From IMG/VR virus record IMGVR_UViG_3300046007_007030: a stretch of DNA of 64,000 nt, one strand, 5' to 3'. This document shows positions 44,401-54,012 of this stretch, piece after piece. Origin of the DNA: a virus. Below the pieces are notes generated by a model. That model was given only the letters and a program-made list of their open reading frames with translations, did not search any database and had not been told where the DNA came from. Numbering within the stretch: the first letter of the stretch is position 1; each line of letters begins with the position of its first letter. A program made the position numbers and the translations under genes.

Positions 44401-46594
44401 CTGACAGATCAGTATTATAAGGGAAGTACTCGTTTCCAGACAGAGTGATCTGTATGATACCGGTGTTGCTCATCGTATAGAGCGTGCCGGTGTCGTCGAA
44501 GGTCCTGTACTGATAGCTGATAGTGTTGATGGCGAGCGGAGAGTCGAATCCACTGTAGAATGCCAGCCTGTCTAGAGTCTTCTTATCAGAAGAGATCGTG
44601 TTCTTGAGAACAGCGCCGAGAGACGTAGATGTAGCGCCTGCGCCTGCTGTAGTGATATTCTCCAAGACGACGTCTGCAATGCCTTTGACCGTGCTGTCGT
44701 AGTAGATCGACTTGACGTCCTTGAACGATCTGCCCGGGTTCATCTGGATGTCGAAGATGTACATATTGTACTTCGACTCGGGGCTTCCCTGAGGGTATCC
44801 TACTGATGAGCTATCGGCGTATGTGATAGACCTGACCTTGGCCGTGCCTATCTGAGTACCACCTGCTGGAGCTGAGATAGTTCCTGCAGAGTAGTTAGTG
44901 GAATTCGATAGGTAGTTGGCCTCTGCGTTGTAGAGCTTGACTGTGCCGACGGCGCTGAAGTCGAATGAACCAGCCAGTTCGTTGACTACAACGTAGCTGC
45001 CGTAGTTGAGGCTGACATTCGCACTATTCTTGATCTCGGTGTCGATGCCCTTGTCTAGGCTGAACTGATAGTTGCCGTAAGTCTTCACTCTGTAGCCGTC
45101 GATGTAGGCAGTGCCAGGATCGATCACTACGGTAAACGAATTAGCCCTCTCGGCTACGTTGGCGGTCGACTTACAGGCCACGAGGAACTGATCGGTGACG
45201 AAGTCACCAGAAGAGTCGACGGTCCTGATGGCCAGCTCGTCTGTGATATTGCTATAGACGGTCCTCTGATTCTGCTTGTAGGGTACGCCATCGGAGAACT
45301 CTACGATAGAGAAGAATTCTAGGTTCGCCCTGGCTATGTCAGTGTTGACGACTTCGAGAGACGGAGTCAACTGGAGTCTGTCAGCTCCAGGCGCGGTGTA
45401 GTTACGAGTGCCTAGAGCGTTATCTAATAGACTCGTGTCTTCGTAGGCGTCGACGATGTCTTCGACAGTAGAGAATCCTACCGAGACGTTGTTGGGGAAC
45501 GTGTTGTACTTACTGACGACGATGGACTGCTCTGGTACGTTTAAGAAGTATCCCTTCTGGTATACCACGCCGTCAGACACGCCGAACGCGTAGCCGGTGC
45601 CTACTGAGTTAGCACCGGAATACACGGTGATCTGAGCAGAGTAGTTCTGCGCCACGAGCGCGACTCCGGAGCCACCAGACGTAGATCTCACCGTCGCATG
45701 CGGTGCTACGTAGTATCCAGAACCACCTGACAGCATGCTCACGTCTACTACTCTCTGAGAGCCGTCAGTCGTCACCACTGCTGTAGCGCCAGAGCCGATC
45801 GTCTCATCGACGATGGCAGTCACTGCCGAGTTGCTGCTTGAGACGATACTCTCACCAGGTGTGAAAGTCCAAGCGTTGGCGCTCTTCGCGGAATTCGTCA
45901 AGTCTCCAGCTACCGGACGCAGCCTGAGGATAGTCTTGTCAGGATACGTGGCGCTGTCTATACCTATGATGACGGCGTTGGCGCCGGTAGAAGACTGAGT
46001 CATGGTAGAGCCGTTCACCAGCGTACCGACGACGTCGACCACGGCTACGGATGACAGAAACAGTATTGAATCACTGTTGGAGTAGCCGGTACCGGCCGTA
46101 GTGATAGTCACATTAGAGATAGTGTATGTCGGATCTTGGACGGTGAGAGTGTCTCCGGCTGAGAAGCTATTATTTCCGCCGCCGTCTCCTGAGTTTAAGT
46201 ACCTGAGGTAGAGTGTCTTGGTATCCGGATCAGTGGCCTCGAATCCCTCGGCGAAGTCTAGGACGAGGGCCTTGTGATTAGTGCTAGAGACTACGGTCTT
46301 ACCGAGGAAGGCCGATATGTTGACCGGCGCGCCGTCTACCTGAGAGTCCCTGATCTTGACGTATGGATAGTTATTGAGGAAAGAGAACGTGCAGCCGCGT
46401 ACGATCGTACCCTTCTTGAGCACGTTGTCGCCGAATTCCTCGATCTGATTCTGGAGGATAGTCTGCAGCTCATTGAGCTCTCTGACCTGTACGGCCACGG
46501 AGGGCTTAAAGAGGATCTTATAGTAGTTCTTTTCAAGGCCGGCGGCCGCCTCGTCGAAGTACGGAGATACGCTCAGGTCTGTCTCAATTGGCAT
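41429..46594 (-). CDS. large baseplate-associated structural protein, N-terminal-type half of a DUF4815/VrlC-like protein
   Basis: SPYFD..KNYYKILFKPSVAVQVRELNELQTILQNQIEEFG, APGADRL, RYSMEDIGSLERRIKDLEYYVSL, RFKFGFFADAF. Confidence 0.8.
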   Translation of the reverse strand: MPIETDLSVSPYFDEAAAGLEKNYYKILFKPSVAVQVRELNELQTILQNQIEEFGDNVLKKGTIVRGCTFSFLNNYPYVKIRDSQVDGAPVNISAFLGKTVVSSTNHKALVLDFAEGFEATDPDTKTLYLRYLNSGDGGGNNSFSAGDTLTVQDPTYTISNVTITTAGTGYSNSDSILFLSSVAVVDVVGTLVNGSTMTQSSTGANAVIIGIDSATYPDKTILRLRPVAGDLTNSAKSANAWTFTPGESIVSSSNSAVTAIVDETIGSGATAVVTTDGSQRVVDVSMLSGGSGYYVAPHATVRSTSGGSGVALVAQNYSAQITVYSGANSVGTGYAFGVSDGVVYQKGYFLNVPEQSIVVSKYNTFPNNVSVGFSTVEDIVDAYEDTSLLDNALGTRNYTAPGADRLQLTPSLEVVNTDIARANLEFFSIVEFSDGVPYKQNQRTVYSNITDELAIRTVDSSGDFVTDQFLVACKSTANVAERANSFTVVIDPGTAYIDGYRVKTYGNYQFSLDKGIDTEIKNSANVSLNYGSYVVVNELAGSFDFSAVGTVKLYNAEANYLSNSTNYSAGTISAPAGGTQIGTAKVRSITYADSSSVGYPQGSPESKYNMYIFDIQMNPGRSFKDVKSIYYDSTVKGIADVVLENITTAGAGATSTSLGAVLKNTISSDKKTLDRLAFYSGFDSPLAINTISYQYRTFDDTGTLYTMSNTGIIQITLSGNEYFPYNTDLSDTQKQQLVIMPLVDVFANAAAGGAGNSNISTSTKVISSSNTSFTTSLRIGDYIRLSSNSTGGTELRRIVNIANGTHLTIDANSTFTNAVATVTRTFPKYVPLPILTRNGVTATADINAQQLTIDLGTRLFGSSTTIPLAAAFNISVSNSSITTKTANRDLYVKIYPANNSTGFGYSAYGSGVDGYFNSGSNTVSNTTTANFSAGQRLRIQNSGQNFLANVGVVINSTAMNLTSTVNFTGNADIYRAVNLNGPWCLGVPDIFRLKAVYIANTSAVNTSSIEVTRDFVIDHNHTTNYADLGFLVKNRDSSLVIGPNDYILVKFDAFTRNYEDRPVHINSYVSANSTTRANTDAKSITELNNSYINTFEIPEIHAAGGTNYDMISHIDFRPKVANTANLASTVADATLNPAYTTTFSATNKKFPVPDSNMSFTTEYFLGRIDTVYIGSDGRIGTSRGHPYPTTILNSKDPDELLTPVPSKNTMILNYIKVPAYPSLEENAAASINRVVNKSVINDVKLTRRQSSKRVTRLLTQQDIAIEQPRRYSMEDIGSLERRIKDLEYYVSLSNLELSTKDLNLPSSIASNINRFKFGFFADAFDDRSYTDIDSVEYSASIEKKRAVPPYELIKIELPGGEGPYTDFSVVSQDRATGNDLPICVARADYQETQGREVKTGNQRISTAYFTMANNLGADSGVVNIYMYFYSGADVMRVYQSTTANNFGAPFLTTGSSTPLSTADQNYMSALPDGFFKISGRYISSRDSLSNHQKVSSPTNGMRYGGKLTFNHNPANGRFYKIEVTNHSIIWRYRIEYPINVTCTTTPAPTNPGGIARYDGTMFFKGVKDVKVSKKNAGEATYYRIHFTAAGLKPSTKHKVLFSKQDLTHLCDTSVRDTVVPIPPFATTGVSVTWANLSSQIPDFFNDAPDGFVMTDAKGQIEAYLYVLQDQNLDVPAKKQPKDDYEKVEKPVIEIYSTDGSSYAQIKTQLSFKLFSGFREI

Positions 46595-46608
46595 TATTTG
46601 TCCTCAGA

Positions 46609-48624
46609 TTAGTAGGAGAAGATGATCTTGAAGGTCTCTTTTTGACCGGTAGTCCTAGTCACTTTCTCAATGTTTTCTAGATAGATTATGCGGCCACTCT
46701 CATATACCAGATCTGGCTCGTAGCTGAATGCTACGTATGCAGTGTCTCCGCTCTCTTCTCCAGTTACGGTGTCTCCAGTATTTATGTAGCCGAATTGATT
46801 GGTTAGATACATGACGTTGGCTGTATCTTCTTCGATTATGCCGAATAGGCTACCATGAGAATTGGCCGCCGAGGTGGCCTGGAACACTACCTCGTCTTCC
46901 TCGAAGGTATCGGTCGTAGTCACGTGATACTTCCACATCTGGTTGAAAGTGTTCAGGATAGAAGTCGTATTGGCTACCTTCATGTTATCTACAGTTCCAG
47001 AGGCGCCGGAGTCGTATCCGACCACGTTAGCCCCAGAGTCGTACGGCCTAGTGACGCCGCTGACTGCCACCGCCAGAGCCAAGTCATTGACTACCGTCGT
47101 GGGGTTAGACACGTTGGCCAAGTACATCTCGCAGTCGTTGCAGGCGAAGTTTCCTGGAGTGTCTATGGTCAGAGAAGTAGAGTTGGTGACTCCCAATACT
47201 CTAGCCAATTGCTTATCTCCGGATCCACTGACCAAGTAGATGATGGTGTTGGCTGCTATCTGGTTGAAGTAAGCTTCGCTTGCCGTCACCGAATTAGCAG
47301 ACGTCGTGATGCTGACGGAGTTGGCGAAGATCCTGACCGGGTTGATCTGATACGCAGTCTCGCCGCTGATGAACGTAGTGCCGTCCTTAGAAGTGAAATT
47401 GACGGTGACGTTAGCGTATTGAGGATCTATCATTACACCGACTTGACGGAAGTCGTTGACTGCCGGTAGGCTGTCGCTGCTCTCATTGAATGTGACGCTG
47501 AAGCACACTCTGGACGCCCCGAGCTCGTTATTGGCGTCGTAGCCGTGTCCGCCGTATGGACTCATGACGGGCCTGACAACGGCGTTGCTGGAGACCGGCA
47601 CTACGCTATTTGAATACACATACGCCGTAGCCGACTTGTACCCGGCGCCTCTATTCAGAATCTCAACGTAGTCGATCGTGTTGGCAACGCTGTTGATGAC
47701 GGCTCTGGCCGCGGCGTTGATGGTCTGAGTGTAGTCGCCCTCGATCATGACTTCTGGCGTGATCTCGTACTCCGATGTGATGTCCAGAGCCAAGATGTCG
47801 GAGAGAGTGATCACTCTGTTACTACCCGCCACGTCGTAAGATGCTACTTTCGAGTAAGATCCGGCGCCACTACCAGATACTACTTTGAAGATACATCCCA
47901 CGTAGAAGTCGTCCATGTTAGACGACTTATTGTTGCCAGAGATGTCGATCTTCTTCGAGTTACCGTCGATGTTTAGGTCGTTCTTACCCAGAGTACCCTC
48001 GAGATTGTTGTCGTACTTGGCACCAGGCGACTCTACTATGATGGAGTCTATGGTCCCGCCGACTGCGGCGGTGCTGACGCTGGTATTAGCCACCACTGGA
48101 ATGTAGCTGTCTGTAGCGAACTTCTCCATGTCGGCGTATGGAATCGTGTACATGTACTTCCATACGTAGCCGTCAGAAGTCCTGTAGATCTCATCGAAAT
48201 TGGTGATGTCATTTTTATCAGGAGCGACCGTGGAAGCTACGCTTCTGTTATTATAGAGGCACTTGAATACGTCGTGAGCAGTTCCCCTAGGCACCGTGAT
48301 GAAAAAGTTCTTGGAGAACAAGTTATCATCAGCGTCGTCGTACATGGCATAGAGTGTGTTCGCCACGTAGTTATATCGGTTCACCATGACTTTAGCGTCA
48401 CCGAAACTTACTCTCTTGCCGAAGAGCATGTCGGCATAGACTTGACGCTTACTGACTTCGCTATCGACTGGTAGTATGACTGCGTCACTATTGTCAGCGT
48501 ACTGCGTATGCTTGCTTAGAAAGACGTAGTAGACGTACTGACCGTCGAAGCCGAGAGACACGTCATTGACTATGTCTTCAGCAGTAAAGGTCTTAGCCTC
48601 TTGTGGTACTATCTTATAAGTCAT
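46609..48624 (-). CDS. gp8: baseplate wedge subunit
   Basis: VFKCLYN, TSDGYVWKYMYTI, KFATDSYIPV, GGHGYD, SGRIIYLENIEKVTR...ETFKIIF. Confidence 0.85.
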   Translation of the reverse strand: MTYKIVPQEAKTFTAEDIVNDVSLGFDGQYVYYVFLSKHTQYADNSDAVILPVDSEVSKRQVYADMLFGKRVSFGDAKVMVNRYNYVANTLYAMYDDADDNLFSKNFFITVPRGTAHDVFKCLYNNRSVASTVAPDKNDITNFDEIYRTSDGYVWKYMYTIPYADMEKFATDSYIPVVANTSVSTAAVGGTIDSIIVESPGAKYDNNLEGTLGKNDLNIDGNSKKIDISGNNKSSNMDDFYVGCIFKVVSGSGAGSYSKVASYDVAGSNRVITLSDILALDITSEYEITPEVMIEGDYTQTINAAARAVINSVANTIDYVEILNRGAGYKSATAYVYSNSVVPVSSNAVVRPVMSPYGGHGYDANNELGASRVCFSVTFNESSDSLPAVNDFRQVGVMIDPQYANVTVNFTSKDGTTFISGETAYQINPVRIFANSVSITTSANSVTASEAYFNQIAANTIIYLVSGSGDKQLARVLGVTNSTSLTIDTPGNFACNDCEMYLANVSNPTTVVNDLALAVAVSGVTRPYDSGANVVGYDSGASGTVDNMKVANTTSILNTFNQMWKYHVTTTDTFEEDEVVFQATSAANSHGSLFGIIEEDTANVMYLTNQFGYINTGDTVTGEESGDTAYVAFSYEPDLVYESGRIIYLENIEKVTRTTGQKETFKIIFSY

Positions 48625-48632
48625 CTTTCATC

Positions 48633-51600
48633 CTAGGCTATATTTGCAGTTAGGTTTGCGGATTCAGGTATAGAGAGATCTATATTGACCTCGTTTACCG
48701 TCGTATGTACGAAAGTGGAGAACATCTTCGTTCCAGCGAGGTGCATAGTGGAGTTGTAGTTATCGAGATAAGACTCTCTCGGAATAGACGTCTTGATGTC
48801 GTAGGAGTACTCTTGATAATAGTTGCCATCGAATAGATATTTACCATCGCTCAAGAATGACGCCTCGTCTTCGTAAGTCCCCAGCGTATAACCTTCTTTG
48901 ATCAATTTAGCCTTGGCGCTGCCGGCTCTCAGGCCGTCAGAAGAGAGGAACGTCACACCCTCGTTATCGAAGAAGTTGAAGCCAGACGATAGCAGATCCA
49001 GACTGCCCACGACGCCGTTCGCTATGGTGACATTGGCGCTGATGACTGCGTTTAGGCCAATGCCTAGCGCGCTATCGTCTTCGGCAATGCCGATTATGGT
49101 GGCATTAGCGCTGGTAGCCGTGCCAGTGATGACTCCATTTAGAGTGAACTGAGCCGTCATTGAGCTGTTAGCGCCTATCGGCAAGTTCTGTCTCCTGACG
49201 TACATGACGCTGGAGCTAGTGATCACTATGTCTTTGATTAGGCCGACGGCACCATTGTCCTGTGAGATCTGCTCGCCTACCATGAAGTTGCCAGAAGAAT
49301 TTGTGTAGGTGATGATGTAGTCTTTCGCATTAAATCCTGAGACGTACGGCTCTCTGACGAGCACCATGGGAGCTAGGTTATAGTCCTCGCCTGGATTCTC
49401 TGCCACTATCTTAGTGATGCTACCGACGTACGCGTTGATGTCGTTTAGAATATCACCGATGAACGGGCCGAATAGGTCTCCCGAGCTATTAGCCGGGAAT
49501 TGCCATGCCACGCCACCAGGAGTCACGTAGTAGTCGCCAGAAGAACTGGACCACGTATTCGTGTCGAGGACGAGGTGAGTCGAATTCGAGACCGTCGAGA
49601 CTTCAGTGAAGTCTGAGATGCCTTGACCACAGACGTACCAGCCTACACTTATGCCGGCGGTGCCTTCCGCTACCGCTACAATGTCAGTGTTTGCCACGAA
49701 TGTAAGTGTCAGAGGAGTAGGATAAGCGGTCGAGTTGGCGAGATTGAGCGACATATAAGGAACGCTCGCCTCGTTATTGCCCCTTAAGAAGTCGGTGTAT
49801 ACGCTATAAGTCTCCGCATAAGCAAACGTATTAGAGATCTCGAACGTGGCGTTCTTGCCGGTGCTGAGGGCTACTAAATTCGCTGTAGTATTAGAACCTA
49901 GGATGATGATGTCGCCGTTGCCGTCGTAGCTGTATCCCCTAGTGTATATTCTATTGTTGCCAGTATTGACGAAATCGTTATTGATATTCGCTATACCGAC
50001 GTAACCGTCATATGAGTTCAAGTAGGCGCTGTTACCGGAGTCTACTCCATTCGCGTACTGCATGTGGACGTCGACGGTGCGCCTGAATACGCCGGTAGAC
50101 TCGGAGAGAGTGACCGTCGCGCTATTACCTGCTCTTACGATGCCACTGATCTTACCACTGGCGGATATGTCGTATCCTCCAGTGTACGCTCTCCTCTGAG
50201 TGAGATACTGACCTATCGAGAAAGGAGTAGTACTATTAGAGACGAACATCGTGAGAGTGTTGCCGAAGCCCACGACGTTGCCAGTAGCAGTCCTGTCCAC
50301 GTATGCCGAGACGTTTATGGAGAAGGTATTAGACGGGGCCCAGAAGTAAGTATTGACCGCCGAGTTGCCGCTAGTGAGATACACGAACAGATTAGCCGTG
50401 CCGAGGTCTAAGTTAGCGATGTCATTGCCCACGACTTCGACAGTGGAGATGACTCCTCCCGTAGAGTTGTAGCTGCTGAGGACAGTGCCTACGTTGATGG
50501 TGGTTATCGCCACGGCGTCATTAGAGTCGAGGACTGTAGAATTGACTAGAGAGTTCGTGCTGAGTACGATATTACTGGTGAATGAGTCCACGCTGACTTC
50601 GAAGTCGCGCAGCTGGCTATTGGCCTTCGCTACTGAGATGACGAGATTTTGCGAAGTAGCATTTACCGCAGAGTTACTGACGATGGTTCCTACTGCCGTA
50701 TTTGATACGGTATTAGTCTGATAGACGACGGCTCCAATCGCGAACCAGGCAGACGCCGGCTTCGTCACCAAGACGGTCTGATGAGAAGTGTCGAATCTAT
50801 AGTTTAGGTTAGCCAGTGGTTGATACACTTCTTCGAGAGTGAAGAAGCTGGAAGCTACGTAAGGAGCCTGGTCCGGATTATTGACGACGTAGTCGACTAC
50901 CACGTTCTGTAGTGTCAAGATCTTATCAGACACGTATATCGTAGAGTTCGAGGTGTAGCCCCAGCCGCCGTCTTCTAGAACGAAGTCCACCACGCCAGTG
51001 GTGTTGTACACGTTCGATACGCGAGCCGTGGCCCCGTGTCCGTACCCGCTGTCAGACACTATCTCTACCACGTCGCCGACTCTGAAGTCCTTACTGCCGG
51101 CGGTGATGTCGAGGCGGCCTAGGGATCCTATGACTTTCGGTCTCTTCCTGTCACTGATAGTGAGACCCTCGTACGTGATCCTCTCGTTGTACATGAAGTT
51201 TCCAGTGATGCTGGATATGAACAAGAGATTGACGTAGCTGCCGCCGACTTTCTTCTGCACGAATCTCTCGGCGAAAGCGGTAGCACCTGAGCGAGTTCCG
51301 ATGACCTTCTTGCCGATGAACTGGTTGATCAGGTCGACGTGGCCGATTTCTAGGTAGTTTCTCTTTACCCAGTGATTGTCGGAGAGCTTGAATAAGTCCG
51401 TGCTAGGATAGTAGACCTGAGCAGGCACGCCATAGACTAGTTTGAAGAAGAGGTCTATGCCTCTCTCGGTGCCCTTAGACCTGTACAGATCTTGTACGTG
51501 CTTCACGAGCGTGCGCTTGTCTACGCTGGTGACGAACTTGAGATACGGTAGGTACTTGGCCTTGTAGTACTCGATGTACTCCTCGGGAGTCTTATCGATG

Positions 51601-51764
51601 TCTCTGTAATCCAGCAGCCTGCGCGTGTGATAGAGCGTCTCGCCTTCCTGCTCGAGGCTGGCGTAGTACATCTTGACGAACTCTACGAACTGCGGGTAGT
51701 TCTCCCTGTATACGAAGGGAAATTGCGAGGGGACGTAAGAACTTATGCGTCTCTCTTCAGTCAT
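48633..51764 (-). CDS. baseplate wedge subunit (gp7-like)
   Basis: YPQFVEFVKMYY, LYRSKGTERGIDLFFKLVYG, DGNYYQEYSYDIK, HLAGTKMF; lies between gp6 and gp8. Confidence 0.75.
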   Translation of the reverse strand: MTEERRISSYVPSQFPFVYRENYPQFVEFVKMYYASLEQEGETLYHTRRLLDYRDIDKTPEEYIEYYKAKYLPYLKFVTSVDKRTLVKHVQDLYRSKGTERGIDLFFKLVYGVPAQVYYPSTDLFKLSDNHWVKRNYLEIGHVDLINQFIGKKVIGTRSGATAFAERFVQKKVGGSYVNLLFISSITGNFMYNERITYEGLTISDRKRPKVIGSLGRLDITAGSKDFRVGDVVEIVSDSGYGHGATARVSNVYNTTGVVDFVLEDGGWGYTSNSTIYVSDKILTLQNVVVDYVVNNPDQAPYVASSFFTLEEVYQPLANLNYRFDTSHQTVLVTKPASAWFAIGAVVYQTNTVSNTAVGTIVSNSAVNATSQNLVISVAKANSQLRDFEVSVDSFTSNIVLSTNSLVNSTVLDSNDAVAITTINVGTVLSSYNSTGGVISTVEVVGNDIANLDLGTANLFVYLTSGNSAVNTYFWAPSNTFSINVSAYVDRTATGNVVGFGNTLTMFVSNSTTPFSIGQYLTQRRAYTGGYDISASGKISGIVRAGNSATVTLSESTGVFRRTVDVHMQYANGVDSGNSAYLNSYDGYVGIANINNDFVNTGNNRIYTRGYSYDGNGDIIILGSNTTANLVALSTGKNATFEISNTFAYAETYSVYTDFLRGNNEASVPYMSLNLANSTAYPTPLTLTFVANTDIVAVAEGTAGISVGWYVCGQGISDFTEVSTVSNSTHLVLDTNTWSSSSGDYYVTPGGVAWQFPANSSGDLFGPFIGDILNDINAYVGSITKIVAENPGEDYNLAPMVLVREPYVSGFNAKDYIITYTNSSGNFMVGEQISQDNGAVGLIKDIVITSSSVMYVRRQNLPIGANSSMTAQFTLNGVITGTATSANATIIGIAEDDSALGIGLNAVISANVTIANGVVGSLDLLSSGFNFFDNEGVTFLSSDGLRAGSAKAKLIKEGYTLGTYEDEASFLSDGKYLFDGNYYQEYSYDIKTSIPRESYLDNYNSTMHLAGTKMFSTFVHTTVNEVNIDLSIPESANLTANIA

Positions 51765-53575
51765 CAGCTCTTCCTAACACCGAGGACGTTGACTTTGACG
51801 TCCTCTATCTTTATCTCGAAGTAGTCGCTCTTGCCGAAGTCTACGTCGTTAGACTCCGGAGTCACGTATATCTTGATGGCGTCTCCGCTGTACTTCTGCA
51901 CTGAGAAGCTGGACAGCTTAATTAGGCCCCTAGTGTAGTCTACGGTGCCGACGTTACGCACCAGAGAGAAAGTCCTACCAGAGCTGACGGTGATGATTCG
52001 AACGCTTCCGTTGTTGTCATCTTGGAGGAGGCAGGGCTTACCATCGAAGATGAACTGCGAAGAAGTCACTACCGTGTCGTAGTTCGTGGGATGAACATTC
52101 AGTACCTTGGGTAGAGTGCGCTTCAGAGCGAAGGAGAAGTCCAGAGTATAGTTACCCGGGACGTTGATCTGAGGCTTGATGGTCTTATACAAGGAGAACT
52201 CAGCCTCTGTGCTGAGAATAGACGGGTGAGTCTCGTCCATCGCGGTCACTAGATTACTGAACCTGACCGTGGAGTTGAAGTCGTTATAGTTAGTGTTGGA
52301 GTACTCGAGAATAGTGTTAGTGACTCGAGTAGCGACGTCTGCCGTCGTCAGGTCGGTCCTGTTCTGATCATACCTAGTAGTGACGTCGAGCCTACCCCAA
52401 GTGAAGGTAGGATCTACGAATACAGGGTCGATGGTCATCGGCATCCTATTGCGCAGCCACTTCCTGTACTCTTCTTTCTTATAGTCAGGTATGCCGTCGA
52501 AGCCTATCAGATCGGTAGCTATGAATACTCTGCCGTACTGAGGAGGATCCAGTACCTCTCCGCCGTATACTGCTAGGGCGTTGATCTCAGAGAATTGCTT
52601 CTTCAGCATCAGCCTGTAGTCTTCTGGGGTGATGGCTCTCTCTTGAGTCTGATAGTGACGAGGAGCGTTGAATCTGACGTCGTCCAGCGACTCGTACACA
52701 GACCCGCCTGAGGCTCTCCTGACCTGTCCCTCGCTGTCGAACTGAGTAGTGATGGTGACGTCGCCGAAGGTGCCGATGTTCCTGTCGTTGCTGAACTCGA
52801 AGGCTCCATTCGGTAGCTCGCCATTACAGATCCTGTACTCGGCGTAGACGGTGGCGCCATTCTTCGGGCGCTTGCCTATGACTCCGTTGCCGAATACGAT
52901 CTCGTACTTGTCGTTCTCCGCGGCCTGTAGGAAGAATACCTCCGACTGTGAGTCTAGGTCCAAGAACGAGGTGGCCAGGCGATACGTCTTCGAAGAAGAC
53001 TCGTCAGACACTACCACGGTGAGTGAAGTGGTGTCGATCGTAGGATTAGACAGGACGAAGCGTTGACGCTCGATGGCGTAGTTGCTGTAGAAAGTGTCGA
53101 CCACGTAAGTGCCTTCGTAGATCTCCACGCCTCTGGCCGTAAATACCGTCTCTACCGGATCGGTGATGACGATGTTCTCGGCGGTCACGAACTGATAGGT
53201 CTTAGAGTTGACGCGAGTAGAGAAGGACTGATTCTTCGGTATGGTCACCGATGAAGTGCTACTGTCAGTCACTACTGAGATGTCGACGACTGCCTTGGCA
53301 GACCTGAAAGACCTCGGAAGGTAGTTCAGGTCCTTGGTATGAGAGACGATGGAGTTCCTGAGCTGCGCACTGTCCAAGAACATCTCTGAGAAGAGCATGT
53401 TGAGGTAGAACGCGTTGTGATAGGTGTTGTAGGCGAGGATGTCGTTCAACACACTCATGTTAGAGCCGTCGAAGCTGTAGTCTTTGAAGAGAGGCTGCTC
53501 CTTGGCGTAGTTCCTTAGAGTCTCTTTGTACTTATTGAAGTCGAGATCTACTAGATTGATTACGGTATTTGCCAT
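51764..53575 (-). CDS. gp6: baseplate wedge subunit
   Basis: LDFNKYKETL, DYSFDGSNMSVLNDILAYNT, FLDSAQLRNSIVSH, QERAITPEDY, PPQYGRVFI. Confidence 0.95.
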   Translation of the reverse strand: MANTVINLVDLDFNKYKETLRNYAKEQPLFKDYSFDGSNMSVLNDILAYNTYHNAFYLNMLFSEMFLDSAQLRNSIVSHTKDLNYLPRSFRSAKAVVDISVVTDSSTSSVTIPKNQSFSTRVNSKTYQFVTAENIVITDPVETVFTARGVEIYEGTYVVDTFYSNYAIERQRFVLSNPTIDTTSLTVVVSDESSSKTYRLATSFLDLDSQSEVFFLQAAENDKYEIVFGNGVIGKRPKNGATVYAEYRICNGELPNGAFEFSNDRNIGTFGDVTITTQFDSEGQVRRASGGSVYESLDDVRFNAPRHYQTQERAITPEDYRLMLKKQFSEINALAVYGGEVLDPPQYGRVFIATDLIGFDGIPDYKKEEYRKWLRNRMPMTIDPVFVDPTFTWGRLDVTTRYDQNRTDLTTADVATRVTNTILEYSNTNYNDFNSTVRFSNLVTAMDETHPSILSTEAEFSLYKTIKPQINVPGNYTLDFSFALKRTLPKVLNVHPTNYDTVVTSSQFIFDGKPCLLQDDNNGSVRIITVSSGRTFSLVRNVGTVDYTRGLIKLSSFSVQKYSGDAIKIYVTPESNDVDFGKSDYFEIKIEDVKVNVLGVRKS

Positions 53576-54009
53576 CAGCGCACTCTGGTCAGGAAGGTTA
53601 CGGGCAGCTCTTGTACTAACCCTGGACTATTTATCGTGGTATAGAAGATCGTTATGGTGACTTGGTTGTTGTCATAGTCTGGAATCACGGACAGGTCCTT
53701 CAGCACTACTCTCGGCTCGTGATTGTGAATCGCTATCTCAATGTTCTTCTTGAGCAAGAGCACTGTCTTCTCGTCGAAATGCTCGAAGAGAAGTCTTCTG
53801 ATATCGCCACCGAGAGTCGGCTGGAAAGGACGCTCTCCTAGGTCAGTCAACATGATGTTCTTCAGAGACTCGCGAATGGCGAAGTCGTTGATGTTCCTGT
53901 ATAAGTCTCCGGTGTTGGGATTCAAGTCGAAAGGCGAGACGAAGTCCGAGAACTTCTCTTGCAGCTTTGAGTTGACCGTATACCTGTCTGCCGTCCTGAT
54001 TATGGCCAT
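53575..54009 (-). CDS. gp25: baseplate wedge / sheath initiator
   Basis: AIRESLKNIMLTDLGERPFQPTLG..LLFE, HEPRV. Confidence 0.93.
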   Translation of the reverse strand: MAIIRTADRYTVNSKLQEKFSDFVSPFDLNPNTGDLYRNINDFAIRESLKNIMLTDLGERPFQPTLGGDIRRLLFEHFDEKTVLLLKKNIEIAIHNHEPRVVLKDLSVIPDYDNNQVTITIFYTTINSPGLVQELPVTFLTRVR

Positions 54010-54012
54010 GTG

